The notes under the pieces: generated by a model
The model's database searches: none
What the model was told of the DNA's origin: nothing
Seen by the model: only the letters and a program-made list of their open reading frames with translations
Shown here: positions 13,425 through 27,474 of the stretch, piece after piece
Layout: each line of letters begins with the position of its first letter
Numbering within the stretch: the stretch's first letter is position 1
Program-made: the position numbers and the translations under genes
Assembly: GCF_009914755.1 (NCBI RefSeq)
Contig: NC_060937.1
Source of the DNA: the human T2T-CHM13v2.0 reference genome, Homo sapiens
Direction: 5' to 3' (one strand)
Length of the DNA: 64,000 bases

Positions 13425-15189
13425 TTGGCAAATCTTCCAACCTTCACTAACTCCTCTACCTTACTGGTTACATTGAAGACATACACTAACTTAGATTCTT
13501 GACATTTTGGGAAAAGCTTTGGGCAATTTCTGTTTCATCCAGCCAACATAGCCCAGTAAGCATTTCCCAGTCTCCCACCCCAGGACCCAGGATTTAATAC
13601 CGAAGCTCTTACCGATACTAACTGCCCATGCTTTCAGTCCCTCTTTCCCATGTGAAGCCTCCCCCTTCTCAGAGATGAGTGATATAGTTCCATTGTTAGC
13701 AGTTCAGCTTCCTCCTTTCCTTTACTTCTCCCAAAACACCATGGCAAATCCTCAGGGGGTTTGCCTTTTTAAAACCCTCCTCTGACCCTACATTTCTGTT
13801 TTTGTCTTTTTATGTCTAGTGAAGTGGTTTTCTTTATCTAATATTAAAGTAAGAAATTCATGGATAGGATAATTGCATGTATAATAATTTGTAATGAAAA
13901 TTTGTGTGTGTAGGAGAGAGATCCTTGTAAGTAAAGCATGTGGAAATAGGTGACAAATAAGCCATTAAATCCCATTAGGCTTTTTTCCTTTGCTAATATA
14001 TTGATAATGAGGTTTCTAATGAGAGATCTATCTGACTTGTTAGTGCTCTCTTGTTATTCTTGATCTCAAGTCACTCAGGTTTGCTTATTGAGGTGAAGAT
14101 AGGTGATTTGGGTTCTTAGTGCTACTGTATATCTTTCAAATTTCGTATTGGAATACATTTTAAAATAGGTGATTTTCTTATATGATTAGTACATGACCTA
14201 GCTAGTTTTAATTTTATAAAGTAGTATCAACTTTATTTTGTTTCCATTTTTATTTTGGTAGATTTTCTTACATTTTTCTCTTTTTTAATTATATTTTTGA
14301 GACATATAGCCTATCTCTTCAGAATCAGTATCTGATTTAAGTTTTATAGTTGTATCAGGGTTTGGTATGATTCCCACAGTGATTTTTTTTAATTATGACT
14401 TTGAGTTTTCTGAGTATTAGAATTCTTATTTGTTACTATTATAGGACAGTTCCCAAGAAGTAAACATCCAACTTGAGAATTACCATACATGAAAATAACA
14501 GCTGTACCTGGGAGGCCTTTATGACCCCTTCAGCTATCAGGCCCTCAGTTGTTCCATGGCAACAAGATTGAAATGAGATTTGGGGTCCACCAACCACCCA
14601 TTTGCTTTGTCCGGTAAAGGAAAAAAAAATGTGTGCTTTTGTTTTCTCCACATCGAGAATTTCCCTCTCCTTCTTCAGGGTATACCTTAATTACAGAGCT
14701 TGGAGGTTATTGCAGAGGAAATACTTGTGTTGGGGTGAGGGGCATGTTGGTCAGAAAGACCCAGAGCAGTGGACATTAAGCTTTGTCGTAAAGAGTGTGA
14801 ATTCTCCAGGTGGAATTGGAGTCTGAAGACTGTGCTCTTCCACTTTACTGACAGTTTCTACGGTTTTTATGTTTCTGTTTCTTTCTTGAGGATGGAGTTT
14901 TTTTGTTTTTTTGTTTTTTTGTTTTTCGTTTTTTGTTTTTTTTTCAGTCGTTGTGTCTCTGTTTTCTGGCTGATTCCTGCTGGTAACTCAGTACATATTC
15001 CTGAATGCAACAAATTCCCTTTGGAAAGCCAGCCAAGAAAGAGCCCAGAAATTATTTTCCCACAAAAATGTGTAAAAATATATATTGTTACTTGTAGCAA
15101 TCATGTTATGGCTCAAATGAAAATTTGTGGACTGGCAAGAAATCAAACCTTTGAAAATCAGTCTTAGTGCTAAGTAACTTGTGTCTTGT

Positions 15190-16170
15190 AATTCAGTAAT
15201 GAAGTATTCATTGAATGCCTGACAGGCACTGCTAGGTAGTGGGTATATGTATGTTCGTGAATAAAGTAGACATGGCTCTTGCCTTCATGGAGCTTTCTAT
15301 TCTAATAGGGGGAACAGATGAAGATCACCTACTTGTATCATTAGAAATAGAATTATGTTCTGTGAAGGAAATGAGGTACAGTGAGAAAAAATAATCCAGT
15401 TTAGGATGGCAGCTACCTAAAGGAGGTCATCGAGGAGGCCTTTCTGCAGGAGGGACTTTAATAGAAAACTGAGAGAAGATAGAATCCTGTGGAACAACTG
15501 AAGAGATAAAGAATTCTAGGCAGAAGGAACCTGTTTAAAAAGTCATGAGGCAGGAAAAAGTTTGGCATGTTTCAGGAATTGAAAGGAGGTTGGCGTGGTT
15601 AGACTCCTGAGTAACGGGGTGGCAGGGGTCAGATGGTGCGAGGCTTTTTATGCGAGTATTCTGAGTGCTCCATGAATACATTGATGGGCTTAAAGGAGAG
15701 GACTGATAAAATACAGCTTGTTTTAATACAGGTTGAGTATCGCAAATTCGAAAGTCTCCAATGAACATGTCCTTTGAACTTCATGTCCATGATTTTGGAG
15801 CATTTGGAATTTTCAGGTTAGGGTCACTCAGCCTGTATTACTTTTGATGGGGCCAAGAGTGGAAACTGAGGGACCACTTAGGAGGTAATTCACCTCATGG
15901 AGGCAAGAGATGGTGGTGGTTTGGAAAGTTAGGATAGTGGTAGTGAAAATGCGATGGATTTGAGCTCTCTTCTAGACAAAGAATTAACAGGATTTCCTGT
16001 TAGCTTCGCTGTGAGGAGTCAACTGAAGTAAAGAATCAGAGGAGGATTGTTAAGTTTCCAGTGTGAACAGCTGGGCGTGGGGATTCCTGGGTTGGCAAAG
16101 CCTGGAGAAAATCAGGTGGTGGGGGGCATGTTAAGCTTGAACTTTGTTGCGTTTGAGGTGCTAGTGTGGC
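15190..16170 (-). mobile_element. L2 fragments, interrupted by a Tigger MITE
   Basis: ATTCATTGAATGCCTGACAGGCACTGCTAGG...CTTGCCTTCATGGAGCTT and purine-rich L2-like body. Confidence 0.6.
15729..15835. mobile_element. Tigger4/MER46-type MITE
   Basis: TA-CAGGTTGAGTATC ... CACTCAGCCTG-TA: terminal inverted repeats with TA target duplication. Confidence 0.8.
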
Positions 16171-16799
16171 ATCCAATAATGGTGCCATTAAATGGTACCA
16201 TTACTACTAAACATTTTTTCCCCCTAAAGCTCTAAACTTGTCCAGCCCACAGCTCACCATCTTTAGATCTTTTCTCAAATGTTACCATCTCAGCAAGGCC
16301 TTCCTTGACCAGCCAAACTTATGTTGAAAACCCCACACTGACCATCTCCCTTCCCTGCTTAATTTTTCTCCATAGTTAATTTTCACCATCTGACATGTTC
16401 TTTTTTTTCCCTAATACCCAGTGTGATAGCACATCTGACATGTTCTTTATTTTACTTTGTTATTAACTGAACTGCTTTCTCGCTATAAGATCGTCAGGGA
16501 TTTTTGCGTATGGATCACTGCCATATCCCCAGCACCTAAAATAGGGTGTGGTCTATAGTAAATGCTCAGTAAATATTTGTTTATTGAATATATGAAACGA
16601 CTTGAAGGATTCTGTAGTGTTTCCACGATTAAATTTTCTTACTAGTATTTGTTCAGGCTTTTGGCTTAAAACAATTCAGTTCTCTTTTTTAAGTGAATGT
16701 AGATTTTGTATATACACACACATATATATGTGGATTTGCATTGTTTAGGAATAAAAACCTAAAATCTACCATTCATATTTTAATTTTCTTAATTTTCAG

Positions 16800-16928
16800 G
16801 TTACAACTGATGGAAAACCAAAAATCGTTGATATCATTGATACAACAGGAAGTGGCGATGTGAATACTGCTACAGAAGTAGAGCCAAAGGATGGTGAGAT
16901 TGTTGGCCTTTCAGGAAGAGTGCTTAAG
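16800..16928 (+). CDS. TPP2: TPP2 exon 2 (129 nt)
   Basis: Acceptor ttttcag|; [43 protein letters not shown]; donor AAG|GTGAGA; phase 0-0. Confidence 0.97.
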
Positions 16929-17013
16929 GTGAGACCTTTTGTCTTCTTTTTGAATTTTTTTTTTTTTACTCTTGCCTCAAAGCATCTAATGTTTTTACCT
17001 TACATTTGGTGGT

Positions 17014-17495
17014 GGTATTAGTTATCCATTGCCACATATCAGATTACCTCAGAACATCCTGGTTTAAAATGACAAATATTTATTACCTCGGAGTTTCTGT
17101 GAGTCAGGAATCTGGGTGTGGCTTAACGGGGTTCCAGTCGCCCTGGAGGTTGCAAATGGTTAGCCATGGCTGTGACTTCAGCTGAAGGCTCAGCTTGGGA
17201 GAAGAAGGGGAAGTTTGTTTCCAAGCCTACTGGTGGGTCACTGGCAGGCCTTGGCTCCTTGCCATTGGGCCTCTCCGCAGTGCTGCAGTACCTGGCAGCA
17301 CCTTCCCTGGGGGAGTGAGCCGAGAGAGTCCCCACGATGAAAGCCACAGGCTTTTTATAAAAGTGACCTTCTAAGGGACCACCTATCACTTGACTATATT
17401 GAGCTCATTGGAAGTGAGTTAATAAATCTAGCACACACTTAAGGGGAAGGGATTTCACAAGAAATGAATCATTGGAGCTGTCTTAGAAGAAGCCA
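17014..17495 (-). mobile_element. MaLR LTR (MLT1 family)
   Basis: GTATTAGTTATCCATTGC...TTTATTACCTC..AGTTTCTGTGAGTCAGGAATCTGGG. Confidence 0.7.
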
Positions 17496-17706
17496 TTATT
17501 TTGTTGTTTGATGAGGTAATTAGAATTGGGCGGTATTTTTCAGTGAGCTTGCCAAATTTTATGTTTTGAATACAAAGATAGAGAAAGTAACCACATCATA
17601 GCTTTGCCTTCATGTTTTACTGTCCCTTCATAGTATTCCCAGTTAACTTGACCATGAAGAAATACTTAGGCTATAGTAGCTGTTAACTTAAATGGCCAGC
17701 TTTGTC

Positions 17707-18028
<322 letters not shown>

Positions 18029-18289
18029 TACCAGCTTTGTCTTATTCTATGTCCTTGGTAGAAAGGCCTGGGTAAGCTAAACGTAAAAAATAATTATAAA
18101 GCAAGCACAGAGGAGCTCATGAGCTAAGGAGCATGAAGGATGGATGGCAAGAATTTGTGATCCTGTACTCTTAAGCAGCATTAGTTTGGAACATAAAATT
18201 ATGGTTATTTAGTTAGCTTTTCCCACCTTTTGCCATCTATCTGAATTGTTCTTAGGCCTTGTCTTTTAAGTAAGCTTGTTGTGGCAGCA

Positions 18290-18800
18290 TATTGGCTTTC
18301 TGTGCCGTGTAATAAAGCACCACAGACTTAGCCGCCTAAAACCTTGTGTATTCCTGTATTTATTATATCACTGATTCCATGGGGTAGGAGTCCAGGCATG
18401 GCTTTTTGTGGGTCTCTGCTCAGGGTCTGACAAGACTGCAGTCAAGATTAAAGGCTCAGCTGAGGCTCAGGCTTCTTTTCCAAGTTTACATGATTGTTGG
18501 AAAAATTCATTTCATTGCAGCTGTAAAACTCATGATAGCTTGCTTCTTCAAGGCCAGTAAGAGAATCTCTGACCTTGGTGATGACCCCAGTCTTTCTTTT
18601 AAAGAACTCACCTGATTAGTTCAGGCCCGCTGAGAATCATGTCACTTTTGATTTGCTCAGAGTCCTTAATTGCGTCTGCAAAATCCCTACACCTTCTTTA
18701 CGTACCATAACGCAATCATGGGAGTGACATCTCATTATATTCACGGGTCCTGCCTTCACTTAGGGGAGGGACGTGGGTCTTCTTAGAAATCTGCCTGTCA
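18290..18800 (-). mobile_element. MaLR LTR (MLT1 family)
   Basis: CACCACAGACTTAG...GGAGTCCAGGCATGGCTT...ATCATGGGAGTGACATCTCATTATATTCAC.GGTCCTGCC. Confidence 0.7.
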
Positions 18801-18849
18801 TGGGCAGATAGCAGCCATTAATAATCCAGGTTCTACTTCCTTTTCTGTG

Positions 18850-19210
18850 TGTTAGGAACTGATTATCTGTGTCCCCACCCCCTGCCAAAATTCATACATT
18901 GAAGCCCTATCCCTCTTTGTGTTGGTATTTGAAAGTTGGGCCTTTGGGAGGTATTTAGGGTTAGATGAGGTTATGAGTATGTGTCCCCTCAGGATAGGAT
19001 TAGTACCCTTATAAGAAGAGACATCAGAGAGCTCTCTCTAGAGCAAGCTCTTTCTAGGGCATATGAGGACACAGCAAGAAGGTGGCCTCTGTAAGCCAGG
19101 AAGAGGGCTTTCACCTATGCTCAACCATGCTGGCACCCTGATGCTGAGCTTCCAGCCCCTAGAACTATGAAAAAATAAGTTTCAATTGTCAGAGTCATCC
19201 AGTTTACGGT
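18850..19210 (+). mobile_element. MaLR LTR (MLT1A-like), ended by a Tigger4 insertion
   Basis: AAAATTCATACATTGAAGCCC...GGATTAGTACCCTTATAAGAAGAGAC...CTTCCAGCCCCTAGAACTATGA. Confidence 0.75.
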
Positions 19211-19211
19211 G

Positions 19212-19422
19212 CGGGTTGAGAATCCCTTATCTGAAACGCTGGGGACCAGAAGTGTTTTAGGTTTCAGATTTTGGAATATTTGCATTGAATATACCAGTTG
19301 AGCCTCCCTAATCCAAAATCCGAAATGCTCCAAAATCCAGAACTTTCTGAGTGCCAACATGACACTCAAAGGAAATGGTCAGTGGAGCATTTCAGATTTT
19401 CGGGTTAGAAATGCTCAGCCTT
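19212..19422. mobile_element. Tigger4/MER46-type DNA transposon fossil
   Basis: GGTTGAGAATCCCTTATCTGAAA...ATCCAAAATCCGAAATGCTCC...GGTTAGAAATGCTCAGCC. Confidence 0.8.
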
Positions 19423-19589
19423 CTGAATTACTCTAGAGTTTGGCCTGTCTTCCCCCAAGTCAACCTTGTTATTAGAATATGTTTCAAAGGGAAACTTGGG
19501 ATTCCTGTGAGCTATGGTACTCTGAGAAGCTAGAGAGAATTCCTAGTAAGTCTTGCAGGCTTAGAGCCATATAAAGTATTACTCGAGCA

Positions 19590-19896
19590 TTTATTTATTT
19601 ATATTAATTTTGAGATGGAGTCTTACTCTGTCGCCCAGGTTGAAGTACAATGGCACAATCTCGGCTCACCTCGACCTCTGCTTCCTGTATTCAAGTGATT
19701 CTTCTGCCTCAGCCTCCCGAGTAGCTGGGATTACAGGCATGCGCCATGACACTTGGCTAATTTTTTTGTGTGTTTTTAGTAGAGATGGAATTTTGCCATG
19801 TTGGCCAGGCTGGTCTCAAACTCCTGACCTCAAGTGATCCACCCACCTCGACCTCCCAAAGTGCTGGTATTATAGGCATGAGCCACCATGCCTGGC
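19590..19896 (-). mobile_element. Alu
   Basis: Antisense Alu consensus. Confidence 0.93.
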
Positions 19897-21084
19897 CTCA
19901 TTTATTTTTAAATAGCTGCAGTAATCCCGGCTTTAGATAAACCACATGAACTAATAATATCACTAGTGTTCAAAGGTAGAATTATATGTGTACCATATGT
20001 ATTGCTATTAAATAAAGTCAAAAAAATTATAAGGTTTGTCTTTTCTCAGCTTGGTGACGTATTTCTTTAGCTCTAACATTAAGTATTCTCAGCCCCTCAT
20101 TGTGGGTTTTTAAACTTAATTTTTAATTGTGTTCAGTATGTCTTAATAGTTTAAAAAGACAAATATTTTTACAAGGCTTCTAACAAAAAGAGTTAAATCC
20201 TGTCCCACTTCTCCCCTACTGTTTTCTACTTTAACAGTACATTAATACATTAAATTATCTTCAGTTTAAAATAACATGCTAATATTTTTTATTTCTTGAT
20301 TTTTTTTTCTAGTCTTAATCTTTACTTGTAGAATTAATATGTGGAAGAAGAGAGTTTAATTCTCAGGTCCTTTATTTCCAAGAATTTTTTTTGCATTTTC
20401 TCTTAGGTAACTTCCTCTCCGTTGTTTTGCTGTTTTTTTCTGGAACTCCTGTTAATTGAACATTGGACCTCTTGACTTGATCCTCCAATTTTTAAATTTT
20501 TTTCCACCTTTTCTTCATTGCCTTAATCTTTTTCCTTCCTGAGAGATTTCCAGCATTTTCTCAACATTGTAACCCTTGTGTGAATTTTTTAAAATTTTGC
20601 CTATTTTTAATTGCAAAAGCCCCTTCATGTTCACTGGGAGCATATTTTTGTATCATGTATGCAACATTTTATCTCTGAGATAAAATTTTAATTTTTTTCT
20701 ATTTCATTGTTTCTTCCCTCCCCTTCCTCCTGTTCTCCTTTCTTAGTCTCCTATTCTGCTTCCTCCTCTCCTTTCTCCCTTTTTCTTCACCCTCTCCTTC
20801 CTCTTTCTCTGCCTCCTCTTCCTTGTTCTCTGCTTTTTATGTTAGATATTTTGTTTAGGTGTCTAATCATCCCTAGCTGTCTTATTTTAGCAAGGCACAA
20901 GAAAAGGTGATTGGAAGCTCCTCTGCTTATGTAGGGTCTTTTGGTGGGTTTCACTATAGGGTAATGATAACATTTAGGGGAACCCCCATAATATCAGTAT
21001 ACACTATATTTTTTTCCCTCAGGATGCCCAGTTACCTTAAAGAAGTCCTTAGCCCATTTGGCCTGGGGTTTAGGGGAGGAGTGA

Positions 21085-21873
<789 letters not shown>

Positions 21874-22213
21874 CCTGTTCTTTGCTTTGTTGACATGTCA
21901 GCTTTTCTCTGGTTCAGCTTGGTTGGTGAAGTTTGGGCAGGATGTGGGATGGGGCAATGGGAGTGCTCTTATACAAATTTTCCGCCAGTCTTCTTAGTCA
22001 GAACTCTCTTCTCCATCCATCCATAACATGTACTCACACACATGTTCAGTTTAATTTTTTTCAGGGATGTGCAGGTGTTTAGATATTTTGCAGTAGTCAA
22101 TAAAAGGAAGAATTATTAATCACTGGGATTCTGACTAGTTGCATCTCTGCAACTCTTTAGTACATAGTTTTCAGAAAGCAGCACAATGAAGTCTTCAAGT
22201 TTCTTTGATGTAG

Positions 22214-22538
<325 letters not shown>

Positions 22539-23402
22539 GTCATGCTTTGAAATGAATTAAATGTTTATAGTCTGTTTTTTCCACATAGCCCATAAACTGC
22601 TAACAGACTTTTATTTTTCTGTCAGTTTAAGATCAACTGTTAAGTTAGGTGCTTTGAACACTTTAGTAGCCTCATTCTCTAAGGATGATATTCCTAGGCT
22701 TCCTTGAGAAACCAGTGGTAAGCTACTTATGACCTATGGTACTCCCATGAGCAGATAAAAGTACAAAAGTGAATAGAACTTTAAAACCTTTTATTGCAAA
22801 ATATACATACATAAAATACATAAAACACATATATACAGTTTTATGAATAGTATAGCTAACACCATTGTACCCACCCAGATCAAGATAAAGAATATTGCCG
22901 TACATCAGAAACTTCCTGCATCCTCCTATATCACAGCCTATTTCAACTTTTGTGATAATCATTCCTTTGCTTTTTTGTGTGTAGTTTTACCATATCTGTG
23001 TGGCTACATAAAATATATTGTTTAGTTTTGAACTTTACATAAACAGTCTCATTTCATTCATAAAATTTCATCATATGTCATTTTTCCCTTGGTGTTGTGA
23101 GATTTCAGATTCCTGAGACTTGCCCATGTTGTCACGGGCAGCAATGATTTATTAAGTTTCATTGCTGTGCAATATGCCATGGTTTGTACCTACTACATTC
23201 TATCCATTCTGCTGTGATGTGTGTGTATCCTGTGCACATGTGTGTGGATGTCTCCAGAATGTGTGCATAGGAGTAGAATTGCTGAATCATGGAGATATGT
23301 CACTAGGTCATGCCAAACAGTTTTTCCAAGTGCGTGTTTGTTTGTTTTTTAACTGGACAGGACATCTTCTTGACCAAGTGTCTGTATTAAAGGACATTTC
23401 CA

Positions 23403-23682
23403 GGCCGGGCACGGTGGCTCACACCTGTAATCCCAGCACTTTGGGAGGCCAAGCACTTTGGATCATCTGAGGTCGGGAGTTCAAGACCAGCCTGACCAAC
23501 ATGTCGAAACCCCCTCTCTACTAAAAATACAAAAATTAGCTGGGCATGGTGGTGCACACCTGAATCCCAGCTACTAGGGAGGCTGAGACAGGAGAACACA
23601 GAGGTTGCAGTGAGCCAATATGGCGCCACTGCACAGCAGCCTGAGTGACAGAGCGAGACTCCTTCTCAAAAAAATAAAAAAA
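23403..23682 (+). mobile_element. Alu (sense, with internal rearrangements)
   Basis: GGCCGGGCACGGTGGCTCAC... A-tail; GACATTTCCA flanks on both sides. Confidence 0.93.
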
Positions 23683-26109
23683 AGACATTTCCACTAGCAG
23701 TGTATAACAAATGTTTTCTGACCCCATGATCATAGAGATATTCTCCTATATTTCTAAGAAGTGTCACAGCTTTTCTCTTCTGTTTGTTCTAGAATTCACC
23801 TGGAAGTGATTTTATATGCTTAGTTTGAAGAGTTCTGTTTCCTTTTTTCTGTAAAAAGACCCAGTTGTCCCAACACCATGTGTTCCACAATTTTCACTCT
23901 AATTTTTAATGCCTTCTTTTCACTTGGCACCCTTCAAAATGTGGTGAGCTTCTGAAGTCTCTTTCGTATTCTCTTTGTCCCTTCGTTTTTGGATGCTTCC
24001 CCGACTTCCTTTATTCTAATTTTAGTAGCATTTTGGAAGGAAGCACAGTACCTTTTTCATTTTACCACATTTAACTGGAAGTCATTTTAAAAATCAACAC
24101 TTAGTCTTAAATATTTTTGGTTTTTAAAAAAAATAAAATAAAGATAAATCCAGGCATAATGAATGACTTGGCCAGATTCAGCATGGTACTTAGATGCAGT
24201 GACAGCCAAAGGAAACTGTGCGTGTGCCCTGGCCTGTGTGATGAGGCTGGCAAGACTGAAATCATTTGGAAGCAAAAGCCTCTAAGAGGGCTTCACTGCA
24301 TGGTACCCTAACACTCAGATGACACTTAGCCCGTTAAGAAAAATGTTTGATTTGTTAGGCATCCTCTCTTTAAGAGAGTCAGAGAAATGAGGTGTAATTG
24401 GTAATTAAAAAGATTACGTGTATCATATGACAATCAGTCTTAATACATTGTAGTTACTGTGTTATTAGAACCATTTTTAAGATACCAACCTAAAATGGTC
24501 AAATGTAAAGATTTTATTCTTAGAAAAAATAACTTTGTTTATGTAGAATACTCAAATATGCAAAATAAAATTTCATAATTGCCTCATAAAGTTAGCTTTA
24601 CTCTAACTTGGCTAAAGTTAGATCAGATAGCCCAGATTATAACTTTTATCTGATTTTTTTGGTGTAATTTTTGTAACTAGTCTGCCTTCGTGGTAAGGAA
24701 GATACATAGTTGTGATTTGAGAAGTATCTGGTTCCATGGACCGTGCAGACTTTGATCTCATTTATAATTAAATTATGTCTATTGGATTGTTTTTATTGTA
24801 CTTTATGTTTTTTTAAGAAATTGTGATTAAATATAACTTAACGACTTTCTATTTTGCAGTTATTTTAATTAGTTACTTCATTTAATCTTTTGGCATTTCA
24901 TGATTTTCTGTAATGTCTGTACAAAGAAGTTGCTGCTAGCCACCTGTGTAGTGGGACAGTAGTGAATAAATACTTGGAATTTAAAAGCTAGTGACTACTT
25001 CCCTTTTTGTTGTTGCAGTGCTTTATTGTTTTGCCGTGGGCTGTTGCAAAAACATTAAAGTTCAGAATTCCTATTCTTTAAAGAAGGTTCAGTTTTGAGT
25101 GAAAAGTGCTAGCTTGTATGCCAGCGTGTTTGAAATTACACATTCTGCAGACATCCAGTTGATTTGGAAGTGATTAATGGCACAGAGGCCTTCAAAAGGT
25201 CACTATTTAGTATTAGCTCCTTGAAGCTCTGTGAATGATTGTTTTCCTCTATTTAGTTGTGAGGAAATTTCATCCAAAAGTTTTCTGCCTGGGAAGTAAT
25301 TGGATGAAGGACATGGGGATGAGTTAAAGGTATTGCACAAGTGAGGATTGATGAGGCTACCAGCTCTGAGTGTTTCAACCTTGTCATTTATACATATTTA
25401 AAAGCTGGTTTTGATGACCACGGTTCCATGATTGCAAAGAATATGAATACCCTACATTTTCTTGATTGATCATTCATGTTGGTTGATGCTCAGTTCACTT
25501 TTTTGTTCACAAGAATAAGGTAGAGATTTTCTTCCTTTTACAGATGAAGTAGAAGCCTGTGGGTTCCTTCTAGTTAGTGATAGAGTTTGGATTCAGAGCC
25601 AGATTTATCTGACTTTAAATCCCATATCCTTTATACAGAATTTTTGGTTTCCATGATAGAACTAGGTTCCAGTTTTCAACTTTCCTCTTGTTCAGGCAAG
25701 TAATTTGATTTCTCTGCTGCTTTGCTTTCTCTGTTTGTAAACTAGGCGTACTGTTTGCATCGCTCTACTAAAAGTTTAAAGTGTTTTAAAATACTTTGAG
25801 ATCGTTTAAAAGATTATTACAAGATTTTAGCAGTTTATTGAGATAGTGTATGTTGAAAGCACTTTTTAAACCATGAAGCATTGTATAAATGAAGGTATTA
25901 TTCTAGTTGAATTATTTATGGATGAGAAAAAAGAAGTGATAAAGACATTAAGTAACTACTTAGAGTATTAAACACGTTGTTGTACATGAGCATCCTTATC
26001 CAATTTAAGCTTATTAGAGTAGAAGTAATATACTTTTTTGCTCAGTAGTGTATCATTGGAATTGGAAAGCATTTAGTGAATGAACAGGTTACTCTTTTTT
26101 TTTCTGTAG

Positions 26110-26205
26110 ATTCCTGCAAGCTGGACAAATCCCTCAGGCAAATATCATATTGGCATAAAAAATGGCTATGACTTCTATCCTAAGGCACTCAAGGAAAGGA
26201 TACAG
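26110..26205 (+). CDS. TPP2: TPP2 exon 3 (96 nt)
   Basis: Polypyrimidine tract + tag|; [32 protein letters not shown]; donor CAG|GTAATG. Confidence 0.97.
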
Positions 26206-26759
26206 GTAATGTACAATCTGGTACCAATGAGTTGTATTCTTCTGACTTGTCTTCTTCCTCAGATTTTATTCCTACTGAAGAAAAAGAAATATTTCATAAA
26301 ATCTCATTAACTTAGTTTTTTGGGTGGTTGGTGGCTTTCAAACAATGACTGCTTAAAGATTCTGCTCAATGGAATGTCATCCGTGTAAACTTGTGATTCT
26401 TGATCTTGGGTACATGGATAAGTTTAGGGAATCTGTGAATATACTGAAATTATATTCAGGTTTTTGTGTTTTTCTGGGAGATGGGATATAGCTTTCACTG
26501 GATTTTTGAAGGACTTTTTTTTACTTGAAAAAGGCTAAAGACAGTGGATTCAAAGTCCAGACCACCTTTTCGTTTCTGTTCCTGTAGTTTCTGTGATAAT
26601 GTCCCTCCCCTGTTTAACTAGCCTTCTTGCTCCCAGTTAGTCATCATTTAGTATTAAGGTAAGTGTTAATCAGTCCTAAAACTGCTGAAGTGTAAGAAGT
26701 ACCAGTGTGCCATTAGAAAAATAAGAGTGGTAAGCAGAATGATAAAGAGCCTGCTTTAA

Positions 26760-26965
26760 AACAGTTCAATAGAACTTTCTGTGATAATGGAAATGTTTGA
26801 AATGTTCAGTTTCTGCTCTAACCATTATGGTAGTCACTAGCCATGTTGCTATTGAGAATTTGAAATATGTTTAGTGTGACTGACGAATTGAAATTTTATC
26901 TTACGTAATATTTTAAAATTTAAGTTTAAATAGTGTCATGTGGCTAGTGACTACCGTTTTAAGAA
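26760..26965. mobile_element. MER3-type hAT-Charlie fossil
   Basis: TCAATAGAACTTTCTGTGATAATGGAAATGTT...GTCACTAGCCA...ATGTGGCTAGTGACTACCG. Confidence 0.8.
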
Positions 26966-27219
26966 TGCTGATACAAGTAGCTGATACAAGTACCTAATAC
27001 AAGTCCAGGGTTGCAGCTGTAAAATAAGGTATAATCCTGGGAAGTGAGCTTGATGGATAAGATGTGTGGGGCCTTGCCTCTGTCGTGTTATTTCCCCAAG
27101 GGCCTGTGAAGCATAAGAAGTTACTCAGATTACCTTATTTGTCAGTTTCTAATCATTCTGCAAAACAAACAAGAATAATGCGTATAACTTCTATTACATA
27201 ATATGTTATTTTAAAATTT

Positions 27220-27474
<255 letters not shown>

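Noticed and set aside
24238-24259. GTGATGA...CTGA as C/D-box snoRNA boxes
   Set aside because: The boxes are only about 11 nt apart and not adjacent to the terminal stem.
26967-27005. Three 13-bp units (GCTGATACAAGTA) as a spaced repeat array
   Set aside because: Contiguous short tandem repeat with no spacers; slippage product, not CRISPR-like.
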